A DNA stretch of 58,988 nt, counting the filler, from Dirinaria sp. TL-2023a (taxonomy: Eukaryota): assembly GCA_051941275.1 (NCBI GenBank). It is 5 parts of 5 records of this genome, joined end to end, with 100 filler letters (N's around TTAATTAATTAA, not from the genome) between each part and the next. Parts side by side here need not be neighbours in the genome. Positions count along the whole stretch, not along the records: positions 35,503 to 47,201 come from JAVEBF010000825.1; positions 47,302 to 58,988 come from JAVEBF010000826.1; 3 more parts are not named here. The stretch is one strand, 5' to 3'. The notes below the pieces were generated by a model. The model was not told the DNA's origin and made no database searches. It was given only the letters and a program-made list of their open reading frames with translations. This document shows positions 36,053 to 48,057 of the stretch, piece by piece. The stretch's first letter is position 1. The number at the start of each line of letters is the position of its first letter. The translations under genes were made by a program, and so were the position numbers.

Positions 36053-37344
36053 TCAGAAAAGCTTTCCGGCAGCCATCTTCAGGTGCAAGAGCAGCGATGC
36101 CCAAAATCCCATGTACCCGGACGTGTCGGAATACACGAGTGCCGTCAACGAGAGCGAGATGCCCCCTGCGCCGACCAGAAGGAGCAGAGGGGTTGCACAC
36201 GCGTAAACGGACAAAAGCCTCCTATACGGTGCCCTGGCAAAGCCACGCCATGCTGCGAGATAGGTGGGGAGAATGGGCTTTGGTGGCGTCTGGGTTTCTA
36301 TCCGCATCGCTCGCTGCTGTGTTTCACGCCATCCGGATGCGTGCACACGTCGCAGGACGATCGTAGCTGGCAGGGTCAGAGGCACCCAGATGGACACGTA
36401 AAGCGCCAAGACCATTGCGAGTTTGGTGTTGACAGTACCCAAGTCTGGTACGGAACGCTTGAAATGGAGGTTGTCACCACTAGCATAATGGGTGAGTGAC
36501 AAATGGCGACTGAGCTCCAACGCGCATGCTTTGGTTAGTTCAACTGAGCTGGCCCAGACCAGAGTGATGGGGGCAAGCCATGAGTACAACGCTGCCGTCG
36601 CCCTTAGCAGAAGCACTGCAATGGCAGTTTTACTCATTCGCTCCCCAGGCGGGCTATCTTCCCTTGGATCCTTCGATGGCTTCTTCTCCGTGGCTGTAGC
36701 TACGGTCTTCTTTTGAGAAAATGCTGTATATGACGATGCTAGGGTCGCGGCGAATTGGACTGGACACAGAAGCAGCGCAATACCAATGGAGAGAAGGTGG
36801 CGTCCCAAGTCGCTCACAGGCAAATAAGCGGCGACGAGCGAAACAAGGCCGTCTTGGGCCCAACTGAACAAGAAGAAAAAGTACATTGGAAGCCAATGCC
36901 AATTCTCAAAGATGCTATTCACTTGAGGCGGCGCATTGAATTCGTCCGGGCCCTTTTCTTCGTTCTCCTTGCCGTCAGGGTTTTCATTCCTATGCCGCGT
37001 CTCTGTTGCGTCGTCCGGCCCGAAAACCATGATTCTCGTAGGCACTACATTTATGAAGTGTTCCCAGACCTTGCGCAATTCAGCAGCGACAGACACATGG
37101 GGGACAGGGGCGCCTTGCATACAACTACGAAGCCCAGCATACCGACTGATATAGTCGCGGCAGTAAACCCACGTAGCAGCATGAGCTTCCAGGGCAGTAT
37201 GGCTTTCTCCGAGGCTCCCTCGAGACCGTCATTTTCGATCGTCGATCGCTCTGCTGGAAATTGTTCGCCCAGAATTTGTAGTAGTCCGCGCAGAAAGATC
37301 CATAGGAAGTCCCGAGCCAGGCTGCTAAAGTCCTTGATCTCCAT
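36053..37344 (-). CDS. Uncharacterised multi-pass membrane protein
   Basis: Exon 1 37344-37123 (MEIKDF..GMLGFVV), intron 37122-37070 (GTATGC..CTGAA..AAG), exon 2 in frame with ORF 36053-37120. Several hydrophobic helices; PATIVLRRVHAS..AAWRGF resembles a widespread fungal membrane-protein family of unknown function. Confidence 0.7.
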
Positions 37345-37543
37345 AACTCAGATGCCAAGCTCGACTGGAAATATTTCGAGGGATGTGATAAGGGAGAGAT
37401 CGATCAAGGGCAGGGAAAGAGGGTGAGAAAGTGAGAATATGTAGATGAGCGCACAATCTGCTCTCAAGTAGCCGAAGCACTGTAGATCAGGTCAGGCAAG
37501 TAGTTGTACGAAAGCAGCGGTCACCCTGCAACGCCCCGTGCAT

Positions 37544-37567
37544 GCACTATGCACTATGCACTATGCA
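37544..37567 (+). repeat. 7-bp tandem repeat (GCACTAT) x3.4
   Basis: GCACTATGCACTATGCACTATGCA read directly. Confidence 0.8.
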
Positions 37568-38653
37568 GCTTGTGATTGCTGCGCCTCCCCTTATCCTCCA
37601 CTATCAAGCCTGGATCAATAAGCCTGGCAATGCACAGCAATGGAAGGCTACGAAGGTACACTGGAAAGGCTGGCTGAACGGGCAAGGCTGCTGATGAGGC
37701 TGGTAAGGCTACAACTTCCATCAATTGCTATTGCTGCCTTCACATGACGATGATACGCTGTTTCAGTCTCCGGTGACTCTGCTGTCAATCCGTGGCAATC
37801 GTCCACAGGTACGAGTACTTGGAATATTAGGGTTGATTAAGATGAGTTTCGGCTTCGGTCGATCTGATTTCGCCTTGTGTGCGCACGTTGAATCCGAAAT
37901 TTACGAAGTACAAACGACTGAAACAAGCGCCAGGGACCTGCCACCTTTTCTCCCTACAGTTTTTCCATCTCTACGGTACATTAACCAGTCTCTATGCACA
38001 CCTGCCACTTGCCAGGGCATTTGCACATTGGAGTGCTTTGAACGCGAAAGGAATTGGTGACTGCTACCGTACCTACGGAGTACCTGATGCAGCTGTGAGA
38101 GCAGGCTGTTTTTACGTCATCCCGCATTCGATTCTTTTACGGTGAAATTACCTTTACTTGACGACGGCATGATGAAAAAGCATGGACGGGCCGGAAGAGG
38201 AATCAAAGTTTCCATACGTACCTTACCTTTTGCGCGTGTTAGTGATCTGCTCGGGACAGAAACTGCTCAAAGACTGACACAAGTGTGTATGCCAATTCGA
38301 AGCAGCGAGGCAACATATGCCCTGGCACGGATCGTCTTCCCCTGGCTAATAACACGGGAAAGAGAGGTGCTGCAGGATGAAGGACGTATTACCTTGTCCA
38401 AGTCAGCAAGAAGAGGATGATTCGCGGCAATCCTGTCTGGATTAATAGCCGTCCAAATTTCTCATGCCGCAAAACGCCGGCTGACTCCGGAATCAGCTAC
38501 TTGCTAATAGGCACCTCTGAGCCCACATTGCATCGTTGGTAAGTCCGTGAGGCGCATCCAGTCCAAGTTGTTTTCTTGTCAGATATTTGAACGAAATCTG
38601 GATCTGCAACACTTAGAGATCCAGGTTTTTTTTTCCCTTCTTTTTTTTTGACG

Positions 38654-39475
38654 ATGGAAGCTCCCAGCGACACGTCCGCCGCCCAATGGGCTTCAACGGC
38701 ATCCTCATACTCCGGTAACGTTGGCCGGACTTCTGCGCTTGCAGCCTCTCGACTCGTTGAGCTAGTGAACATGAAATGTGAGATCGGTAGTGGCTCGAGA
38801 GTGCTTGATAACGGCGCGGGCGCAGGCGCTGTCACATTCACAGTTGCTTCGAGCTTCCCAGAAACCCATGTTCTCGCCACTGATGTCTCATCATCTATGC
38901 TTGCTACTATCACGGCATGTGGACTGCCCAATGTCACCACCCAAGTGATAGATGCGCGCGATCTGAGCCACCGCCTGGAACGAAAGAGTTATAGCCACGT
39001 TTTCAGTACATTCATGCTGCAAACAGTCCAAAACCCGCTCGCGGCATTGGGTGAGATGTACGAAGTTCTCTCGCCACGAGGAGTAGTAGGCATCGGTATA
39101 TGGGCAAGGCGGAACGGCCCTTTCGAGATCTGGGAGCAGGCTTGCCAAACTATTGATCCGACATACAAATTGCCGAATCCGTTTGATGACCCGAACGCAT
39201 GGCGGACCCAGCAGGCTCTTGAATTTGCGTTGGCAAAGGTCGGGTTCAAAGAAGTTGCAAGTGAGGAAATTTGTATGCCGTTTGAATTCGAGAATGCAGG
39301 GACATTCATAGAGTTTTGGTTCCAGTCCAATAACCCGGCGATCGTGCAAATCATGGAAAGCTGGGAAGGAGACTTAGAAGAAACGAGGAAAGCAGTAGAG
39401 AGAGTTATCAGAGATTTCTACCATGGTGGCCGGGATATTTGTACTTGGGCAGTTTTGGGCATAGGGAGAAAATAG
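38654..39475 (+). CDS. Class I SAM-dependent methyltransferase (Methyltransf_11/25-like)
   Basis: Intronless; RVLDNGAGAGAVT (motif I), VLATDVSSSML, VIDARDL, LSPRGVVGIGIW; first ATG at 38654. Confidence 0.9.
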   Translation: MEAPSDTSAAQWASTASSYSGNVGRTSALAASRLVELVNMKCEIGSGSRVLDNGAGAGAVTFTVASSFPETHVLATDVSSSMLATITACGLPNVTTQVIDARDLSHRLERKSYSHVFSTFMLQTVQNPLAALGEMYEVLSPRGVVGIGIWARRNGPFEIWEQACQTIDPTYKLPNPFDDPNAWRTQQALEFALAKVGFKEVASEEICMPFEFENAGTFIEFWFQSNNPAIVQIMESWEGDLEETRKAVERVIRDFYHGGRDICTWAVLGIGRK

Positions 39476-39819
39476 TAGAACGTAGCTTAGAATTTGGAAT
39501 CCCAGGGAAGTTGAAGACTCGAATGATGATGTAGCTGCAATGAAGAAAACACCGAGGCTATGAAGCGCTGTGTAGGTGGCTGTTCCAAATGCTCAGATTT
39601 CTGACATGTCGAGAGTGTGGATATTGATGCGTGGGGCTGGATTTCCTGGTCGGTTTGCAAATCCCATTTTCTGCCTCTTCCTCCCCCTCCCTTTGAAGAA
39701 GGAAGCGTCAAATCTTACGCTTTTGACGACTTTATATCGAACCATCTAGTGTAGGAAGGCAAAATCAAGCGGCAGACTTTTTCATGGAAGGGAGCAATTC
39801 AATGGTCAACAGAATTATA

Positions 39820-39829
39820 TTACGTGGCA
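39820..39829 (+). promoter_or_regulatory. Possible unfolded-protein-response element (TTACGTGGCA) upstream of PDI
   Basis: Contains TACGTG/ACGTGG, a Hac1/XBP1-type core, about 360 bp before the PDI ATG. A short motif, could be chance. Confidence 0.3.
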
Positions 39830-40187
39830 CGAGCTCTGCTTGTTTATGGCCATTGATTCTTCGGAGATTTTGCAAGATAGCGACGATGGTAAAACCAATG
39901 ACAATGAATTCATTATTGATTGTTGGGGCCAGTCTGGCGCAGCATATGTAGCGGTTTCGCCGCACACCCTGTTCGCTAACTGCACTTGATGGGAAAAGGG
40001 GCGAGGACCCTTGTCTTGGCATTGGCTTTGAGGCGATCTGGCTCTCCAGGAATAACTTCTCGCCTGGAGAGCATTCGTAATCACTGCAGGTCGCAACAAT
40101 ACAACATCAACAGATAAATAGACGGCCTACTCTTCGAGATCAGCAACCGATCTCTTGAGCATTCTTCAGCATTAAGGCCACTCAACC

Positions 40188-41952
40188 ATGAGGCACTTTC
40201 AAAATACTGTGCTCGGGCTTTTTGGAGCTGCTGCACTAGCATCGGCTTCGGACGTACTCGACCTTAAGAAAGATACATTCACCGACTTCATCAAAACCCA
40301 CGATCTTGTCCTGGCAGAATTCTTTGCGCCATGGTGCGGTCACTGCAAAGCACTGGCGCCGGAGTATGAGGAAGCAGCAACAACACTGAAAGAAAAGGAT
40401 ATCCCTTTGGTTAAGGTCGACTGCACGGAAGAGGTTGACCTTTGCAAAGACTATGGTGTCGAGGGCTACCCGACCGTCAAAGTCTTCAGAGGACCAGATA
40501 ATGTTGCCCCTTATTCGGGGCAACGAAAAGCACCTGCGTCAGTATCCCTCTACTTGTACAAATAGCATAATGCTAATGCTTTCCTAGTATCATTTCATAT
40601 ATGACAAAGCAAGCTCTCCCGGCAGTATCGACGCTTACCTCAGACACCCTCGAAGAATTCAAAACTGCCGACAAAGTCGTTTTGGTTGCCTTCTTCGGCG
40701 CCGATGACAAGGCGTCCAATACCACATATAACGAAGTCGCAGAGAGCATGAGGGATGACTATCTCTTTGGAGCTACCAATGATGCGGCTTTAGCAGAGGC
40801 GGAAGGCGTTAAACGACCCGGAATTGTCTTGTATAAGTCGTTTGACGAGGGCAAGAATAGCTTCGAGGAGAAATTTGAAAAGGACGCCATCACGACCTTC
40901 GCTAAGACTGCCGCCACCCCATTGGTCGGTGAGGTTGGCCCAGACACCTACGCTGGCTACATGGCCGTATGCTTTCCCCGTTTTATGAGCGTGACTGCAA
41001 GTCACTAATCTTTTATGCAGGCTGGTCTTCCACTTGCCTACATCTTCGCAGAGACACCTGAAGAGCGTGCCGAGTTAGCAGAGACGCTCAAACCCGTCGC
41101 ACAAAAGCATAAAGGCAAGGTCAACCTTGCTGTTATTGACGCGAAAGCCTTCGGCGCCCACGCAGGAAACCTTAACCTCGAAGTCGACAAGTGGCCAGCC
41201 TTTGCCATCCAAGAGACTGTCAAAAATCAAAAGTTTCCCCTTGATCAGACGAAGAAACTCACTGAGAAAGAGGTTGGTGCTTTCGTTCAGGACTTTGTTG
41301 ATGGGAAGGTCGAGCCCAGCATCAAGAGCGAGCCTATCCCAGAGAAAGACGAAGGCCCTGTCAAAGTCGTGGTGGCGCACAACTACAAGGACGTTGTTCT
41401 GCAGGAGGATAAAGACGTATTATTAGAGTTTTACGCTCCTTGGTGCGGTCATTGCAAAGCGTACGTACTTTCTATCTCAAGTCCCTGCAACAATGTAGCT
41501 GATGCCTGCCTCCTAGACTCGCCCCCAAATACGAGGAACTCGCTTCAATGTATACCAGCAACCCATCCCTCAGCTCGCAAGTCGTGATCGCAAAGGTCGA
41601 TGCGACAGCAAATGATGTTCCGGATGAAATTCAAGGTTTTCCCACGATCAAGCTTTTCCCCGCTGGTTCCAAGGACTCGCCCGTTCTCTACTCTGGCTCT
41701 CGAACCATTGAAGATCTGGCGGCTTTTATCAAGGAGAACGGCAAATATAAGGCGGATGCTTATGAAGGTAAGAATGATACCGACGAGGTAATGTCAGACG
41801 CAGAGGGCATGGGTCAAGCTGCTCCAGCAGCCACTGAGAAGGCCACCGAGGGTGCAGACAAGGTCAAGAGCCAGGTTAGTGAAGCGACCGAGGCAGTCAA
41901 GACGGCGATCAAGGACAGTGATCAAGATAATGCCGAACATGACGAACTGTAG
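40188..41952 (+). CDS. PDI1: Protein disulfide-isomerase
   Basis: Signal peptide, two APWCGHCK thioredoxin sites, C-terminal HDEL; introns 40538-40587, 40967-41020, 41461-41516 all keep frame. Confidence 0.97.
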
Positions 41953-42943
41953 TATTCAACGACGAGATTGGAGGAAAGGACACATTAAACCATGAGAGAA
42001 GAGGTAAGGATGAGAATTGCAAAAGCTATTTTCGCTGTTTTGGTTATGGACTTGATCTCGGCCATATGTGTATTATTTCTGTACTGCTTTGGAGGCGTTT
42101 CTCGAAAAATTGAAACACTTGTTATTCCGGGGTTTGATTCTCAGCTACGCCGAGAGTCGCCTCGAATAGGCCATTTCCACGTATACGAAGTCTCCTTGCC
42201 AGTCTCTGTCCATACTAGGACTCCTGTTGTCAATATCGAGACAGTACTGCACCCATTGTAACGCGTACAGCCTTCAGACTCCTACTTTCCAGATCTTAGT
42301 ATTGATCCCATCCGAATCTAAGTCTCTAATGACACATTGTGTCAGATCTATCTTCCTTGGCATATTCGTTGGCCCAAAAATTTCCTGCTCAGATGTAAAA
42401 TACGATGCCAGACACTTGCTCTGCCCGCCTCCTGCGAATGCCTCTGCTACGCCTGTGGGGGCAGGCGTTTCACAATTTTGTCGGCTCTGCTCACCCCAAT
42501 TTTCTTTATGCTGAGCAGTTTAACATTGCACAAAGTCTGGCTCAGCCAGCCTGTTCGCCTCATAAAATTCCGCAAGTCTCTACAGCTTTTATACTATCTA
42601 TCCAGGAGCTCGTTGATAGTGTCACCGCAGTGCTGAGCCCTTTGTACTCTGGTGTTTGCGACAGGCCGGGTTTCAATGGCTACCTCTAGTACCGAACACC
42701 ATGCAATCCCGGTCCTTTCCTCGTTCGGTGTCACGTCTAGATTTTCAGCCTTGGACATTCCTTTGGTCTACCGTGAATTACATGGCGCATTAATCTGCTT
42801 CCATTGCTTCCTCGCTTTCCTGTCAGGCCGCCGAGATGAGAAGAAAGTGACTCTAATGAGCACGATATTACCCATGTTTTCTATACAAGACGCGTCATCC
42901 CCACTATGCAGCTGTTCAACTGTCTTCATAGCTCATTAGAATC

Positions 42944-44253
42944 ATGGCGATCCTTCCTAATGTTTTCCTTATGGTGACGTTGATACTCACCTCCTGCACC
43001 TCGGCCATAAAGGTGCAAGCAGCCGGCTCTGTCTCATCCCTAGCCGCCACAAGGGATTGTGGCCAGAATGCTGAAAATCTCACTGCTTGCTCCAACGTCC
43101 TGGGCGATATCCCTCCCTGTGCGGTATGCTCCTAAACAAACATAGATACAGATCTATGTTACAGAAAAATTGAAAAGCTAATTAATTCTGCAAAGCGTAA
43201 TTGCATAATTAATTCCACGCTCGGTGCGCCTTGCCGTAGTGACGATGTGACCTGCCTCTGTGTTCGCAGCAAAGAGAATCAACAGGCCACCTGGCCGTGC
43301 CTGCAGAAGGGCTGCTCATTGTCAGACATCCAGGGTATGCGTTCGTCCCTCTTCTTCTCCTTGCCCCAATCACTTCGTTATTTGATTGCAACTCTCGCTC
43401 TGCGCTTGCACTCAGTGACAAGAGATGCTGTCTATCAGCTCTACCATTCTTGGTCATAGTATGACTAAGAACGGCTACGCTGAAGAAAGATGATACAGGC
43501 ACAAAGAATCTTTTTCTCCATCTTTGCACCTCTGTTGGCGTGCCCTTGTCGGCTTCTACCTCAAATTCTACTCCTTTATCCGAGCTCAAGGACCAAGGAT
43601 CCGATGAACACCATCACAGAGGCGAAAGGCATAGGCATCACCACGGCCGATCCGTCTCCGCAGCAGCGAATTTTGGCATTGCGATCAGCTCCGGAGTAAT
43701 TGTAGTGCTCATAGTCGTCTTGCTGATGCTCTTTCTTCAGACAAGGAGAGACCGTCAAAGGAAAGCACTCGACGTCACATCTGGCCCACGTGAACGAAGG
43801 TTACGGAGACGGTGCTGTTGCTTCCGGTCTCGCAAAACGCACCAACCGCCGCTAGCTACAGCAGTGACCGTCACCACTTCCGTAACCCAGCTCCAACACC
43901 CGTCTGACGGAAATCAACCACCTGATGCAAGTCGTCGCACGCATCCCTGCATCCAATGCTCCGAGAAGAAAGGCTCCTGCTCACCCTGCCTCAGATCCAA
44001 ACGCCTACCTCTTTCTCTTCGAACGTGCATTGAAGCAGGAGCAGAAGTAGAAATTTCCACTCACCCGCGTTCGAGCGCTAATTTCGCGACGTTCCCTTGG
44101 ATCCTATTTCTCCAACGAACGGAGAAGGGTTGCAGGAACTGCCTCCCTAACGGCCTCGGTGCGGTAGAGCTACAAGCGGAGAATACTTGCGGCTGTGGGG
44201 TGCCCGGAGTGGTGGTGCAAGAACTTGGAGATGGGTCCGAAAAGCGGAGCTGA
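42944..44253 (+). CDS. CFEM-domain single-pass membrane protein with His-rich linker and Cys-rich cytoplasmic tail
   Basis: Exons 42944-43123, 43196-43334, 43499-44253 splice in frame: signal peptide; IPPCA|RNCI..PCRSDDVTCLC..WPCLQKGCSLSDIQ|GTKNLFLHLC (8-Cys CFEM pattern); EHHHRGERHRHHH; TM GIAISSGVIVVLIVVLLMLFL. Confidence 0.8.
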
Positions 44254-44490
44254 GGGATAGAGATACCTGTATGGACTGTAGAGGAAACGTTGCTGTAGGA
44301 GAGACGGCAAAGGAGCAGAGGGTGGAAAGAGGGGAGAGGAGATAATGCTATGCTTTGAATGCTTTCGACAGTGCGCTGCGTATGACCAGCAGCCATGTCT
44401 TCATAACGATTAATGATAGCCATTCGGAACTTTCCAACGAACTCTATTATTCGGCCAGCGTCTAGTTGCTCAGACAGATGCCACAGGCGA

Positions 44491-45166
44491 TCAAAGTTTC
44501 GCTTCTCCCTTGATGACCTCCCTCAACAACTGCAAGCCTTCTGTCGCAAACGCGACCATATTCGCTTCCCTGTCGCCCCCCCTTGCAGTCTCCACCTCCC
44601 TCGTAAACGTCCCCTGCTCCGCCGCGACCGCAAGCGCAACATACCCTCTGAGACCTCGTCAGTACCTTATCCATCCTCCAGTTTACCACCTCTTCCTGCA
44701 ATTGAGAAACACGGAGCAGAACTCACGGCGTCCTATTCCTTGTACTCCCTCCCGTCGGCCCCGCCGTCCCACTCTCACACACCGTATACGTGCTCCCCAA
44801 TTTACTCCTCACATTCTCGGCGAGCCCGGCCACGACTCCTGGCGTGGGACCTTTATACTTTTCGATATCTTCCTGCGTCCATCCGGCAAACGCGACGCGC
44901 GACTCGAGCGTGTAGAGCGTCAAGCCGCCTTTGTAGAAAGCGCTGGCGCCGGGGGTGGAGAGCAGCGAGGCAGATATCAGACCACCGGATGCCTAGGGCT
45001 GGGGCGGGACAGAGTGAGTAGGGGGATTCTTTCGAGGGATGGAGGGAATGGAACAGATCGAGCGTACGGTTTCGGCTATGGAGACGGTCTCTTTGCGTTG
45101 TTTGAGCAGGGAGGATATTTCCGAGAGGAGAGGCTTGAGCGGGGAGGGTGGGAATGCGGAGGACAT
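44491..45166 (-). CDS. CinA C-terminal domain protein (PncC/NMN-deamidase-like)
   Basis: Exons 45166-45068, 44992-44727, 44647-44491: ETVSIAET|ASGGLISASLLSTPGASAFYKGGLTLYTLESR..ESGTAGPTGG..P|GYVALAV..DREANMVAFA..KGEAKL*. Confidence 0.85.
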
Positions 45167-45667
45167 GCTGTGAGATTTTGAGAGGGAAGGTGGTTTCTCA
45201 GATAGGGTGAGATTCTGTTGGAGTTATGAGGCTCAATCGGCAATAATGCAACGGCCTTATTGAGTTATGAACGAAGTAGATGAGCTCGGAGGCATTATTA
45301 AATGCACAGCAAGCATTATTATTGAATCTCGAAGTCGCTTCGCCTCTACTTTCCCTCCTTCCTCCCGCAATCGCCTCCAACGACCTTCCTTTTTCGGCCA
45401 AGCCTCATCGCCATTTCTCCATCTGAGGGGAAAAGCCCAAGCAGATCATAGTAATCGCTTCATCTTGATTGATCAATTCTCTGCCGTGCCGGCCCACGCC
45501 GGTGGGTTTGTCTTGCGGTCCAGCATCCAATTCCGCCTGAGCTAAACAGCTCACTATCTCCAAGAGCACGTCATAGCAGCTTCACCAGAAGTTATCATGC
45601 TCCTGACCTGTACAACAAGGCGGCCGTCGGCAGAGTCTCTACATGCAAGCCTCAATAGACCAAAATT

Positions 45668-47201
45668 ATGTCGATTGACGAAAAGATACCGAGGCCAACG
45701 GATCTCGAAAAAGAACCTATTCACGTTGAAGATGGCCACGTACCGCCAGAGAGAGTGCTCAAGCATTCGCAAGATGCGGATGAAGCGATGAAAGCATTCG
45801 AGGACGGACAAATCGAAGTAATTGACGAAGCTACGAACAGGAGATTGCTGCGGACAATTGATCTCCACCTTATGCCAGTACGTTGCAACGGCGTCAATAG
45901 CTCCGTCGATTGAAAGCTGACCACCCTGCCACAGCTCCTCTGCGTCATCTATGGCCTCAATTACCTCGACAGTATGCACAGCATTATTTACATAATCATG
46001 GCATCGCTGACCTTAGAATCGCTTAGAGACAACCCTCTCCTATGCCAGCATCATGGGTATCAAAAAGGACATCCACCTGACCGGCGATGACTATAACTGG
46101 GTCTCGAGCATGTTCTACTTTGGTTCGTCGTCTTCAAAGATCGACCGATGATGCAGCTGATGCTAAGTCAGGCTACTTGGCCTGGGAATATCCTACCAAC
46201 CGACTTCTCCAACGCCTACCACTTGCCAAGTATTCCTCCTTCTGCATAATCATGTGGGGTCTTGTTCTGTGCTGCATGGCGGCGCTGAAGAACTATTCAG
46301 GAGCGATTGCCGTCCGCTTCTTCCTGGGTCTCTTCGAAGCTGCAGTCACTCCGGGATTCGCATACTTCACCTCGCAGTGGTACACTAAGAGAGAGCAAGG
46401 CACCCGCACGGGGATGTGGTTCAGCTTCAACGGCTGGGGACAGATCTTCGGTGGCCTCGTCGCTTACGGCATCGCTCGTGGGGTCGATATCCACGGTTCG
46501 TCCATTGCGGCGTGGAAGATCATCTTCCTCGTCAACGGTCTCTTGACTGCGGCGATCGGGGTTATTTTCCTTCTCGTGATGCCGGACAACCAACTCAACG
46601 CGCGCTGGCTGAGCAAAGACGATCGTCGACGGGCCATCGAACGGGTACGGATCAATCAGCAGGGCATTGGCAATAAACATTTCAAAGCATACCAATTGAA
46701 GGAGGCACTCACTGATCCTTTGACCTGGGCATTTGGATTCTACGCCCTGACAGCGGATATCCCGAACGGAGGTATCAGCAACTTCTTCAGCCAGCTGATC
46801 GTCTCCTTCGGGTACACCCCCGAGCAAAGTCTGCTGTACGGGACACCGGGGGGAGCCGTCGAGGTGATCACCTTGGTAGCCTGTGGATACCTGGGCGACC
46901 GCTACGGCAACCGGATCCTGCTGGGCTCCGGCGGCCTGATCCTCGCTATCATAGGCATTGTCCTGATCGTCGCCTTACCCCTATCCAACAGCCGCGGTCG
47001 TCTGGCCGGTTACTACCTGACGCAAGCGGCGCCTACGGCATTCGTGGCGCTGCTCTCCCTCATCTCCTCCAACGTCTCGGGATATACAAAGAAAACGACC
47101 GTCGCAGCCATTTATCTGATCTGCTACTGTGTCGGGAACATCATCGGTCGGTCCCTTTTCCCCTTCCCTCCCTCTTTTTTTTCCCCGATTCCGCCTTCTC
47201 C
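45668..47201 (+). CDS. MFS allantoate/dipeptide permease (Dal5 family), 3' truncated at the contig end
   Basis: LLRTIDLHLMP|LLCVIYGLNYLD|KTTLSYASIMG..SMFYF|GYLAWEYPTNRLLQRLP..RFFLGLFEAAVTPGF..WYTKREQGTR..SNVSGYTKKTT..GNIIG; introns at about 45878-45933, 45972-46026, 46123-46171. Confidence 0.92.
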
Positions 47202-47301
47202 NNNNNNNNNNNNNNNNNNNNNNNNNNNNNNNNNNNNNNNNNNNNTTAATTAATTAANNNNNNNNNNNNNNNNNNNNNNNNNNNNNNNNNNNNNNNNNNN
47301 N
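47202..47301. other. Artificial contig spacer
   Basis: N44-TTAATTAATTAA-N44. Confidence 0.98.
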
Positions 47302-48057
47302 TCCCTCTCTATAGATGATAAAGAGAATGAGAAAGAGAAAGAGAGAGAGAGAGAGGGAAAGAGGAGGAGAAAAAAAAAAAAAAAAAAAGAACGCAGATTT
47401 GCTCTTTTTCTTATTCTGGTTTGTTGTCTGTTGTGGACATTAAGTAAAAGAGGAAGGAATTTCATTTTCATTCCCTTCCCACACTCATCATTCAAGCAAA
47501 AAGCAAAAAAAAGAAGAAAAAAAAAACAAAAAACTGGAGCGGACGGTGCTATATAGCGGGTTTCGACTTGTTGGCATTTTTACAGTAGATATTCACATTT
47601 CAGGTTCTCGGGGCCGTCGTAGAAGGTAGGAGGTATATATGTAGATACAAACAACCACAAAAACTACCTACATACATACACAGTTGTGGAGTTTATATAA
47701 AATTTTGAAAGGGAAGAAAAAGTTCTCATGAACCCCGCCCCGTCCATCCATCCCCTTTTCGTCGTCATCGTTTTCACACAGGAATCCAAGAACTACGCTT
47801 AACGCAGGAAAAAATAGGATGAAGAATTGGGTTCCCCCCCTTCTCCGCCGCCAAACGACGATGACATATAGTCCGTCCCCCCATTTCCCTCCCATAAAGT
47901 CCCATACAGATATACCCATTCCCCATATTGACTGTTTTTCATTGCCCCACCACCCAACAAATACATGATCGCAGGGAAAAGGATAAAAAACATCTTTTTG
48001 ATATCCGCCAAGTTCCTTTCGTACACTTTCCAAGGATGCAGCTCTGAGGGTACTTCC

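Noticed and set aside
17766..47201. Allantoinase plus allantoate permease as a DAL-like purine catabolism cluster
   Set aside because: They lie on different contigs separated by two artificial spacers.
11747..47301. TTAATTAATTAA recurring about every 11.8 kb as a periodic element
   Set aside because: Assembly linker embedded in Ns; the periodicity reflects size-sorted contigs.
47302..47540. GA-rich and poly-A tracts at contig ends (also near 11300-11350 and 23960-24000)
   Set aside because: Ordinary low-complexity sequence where short-read assemblies break.
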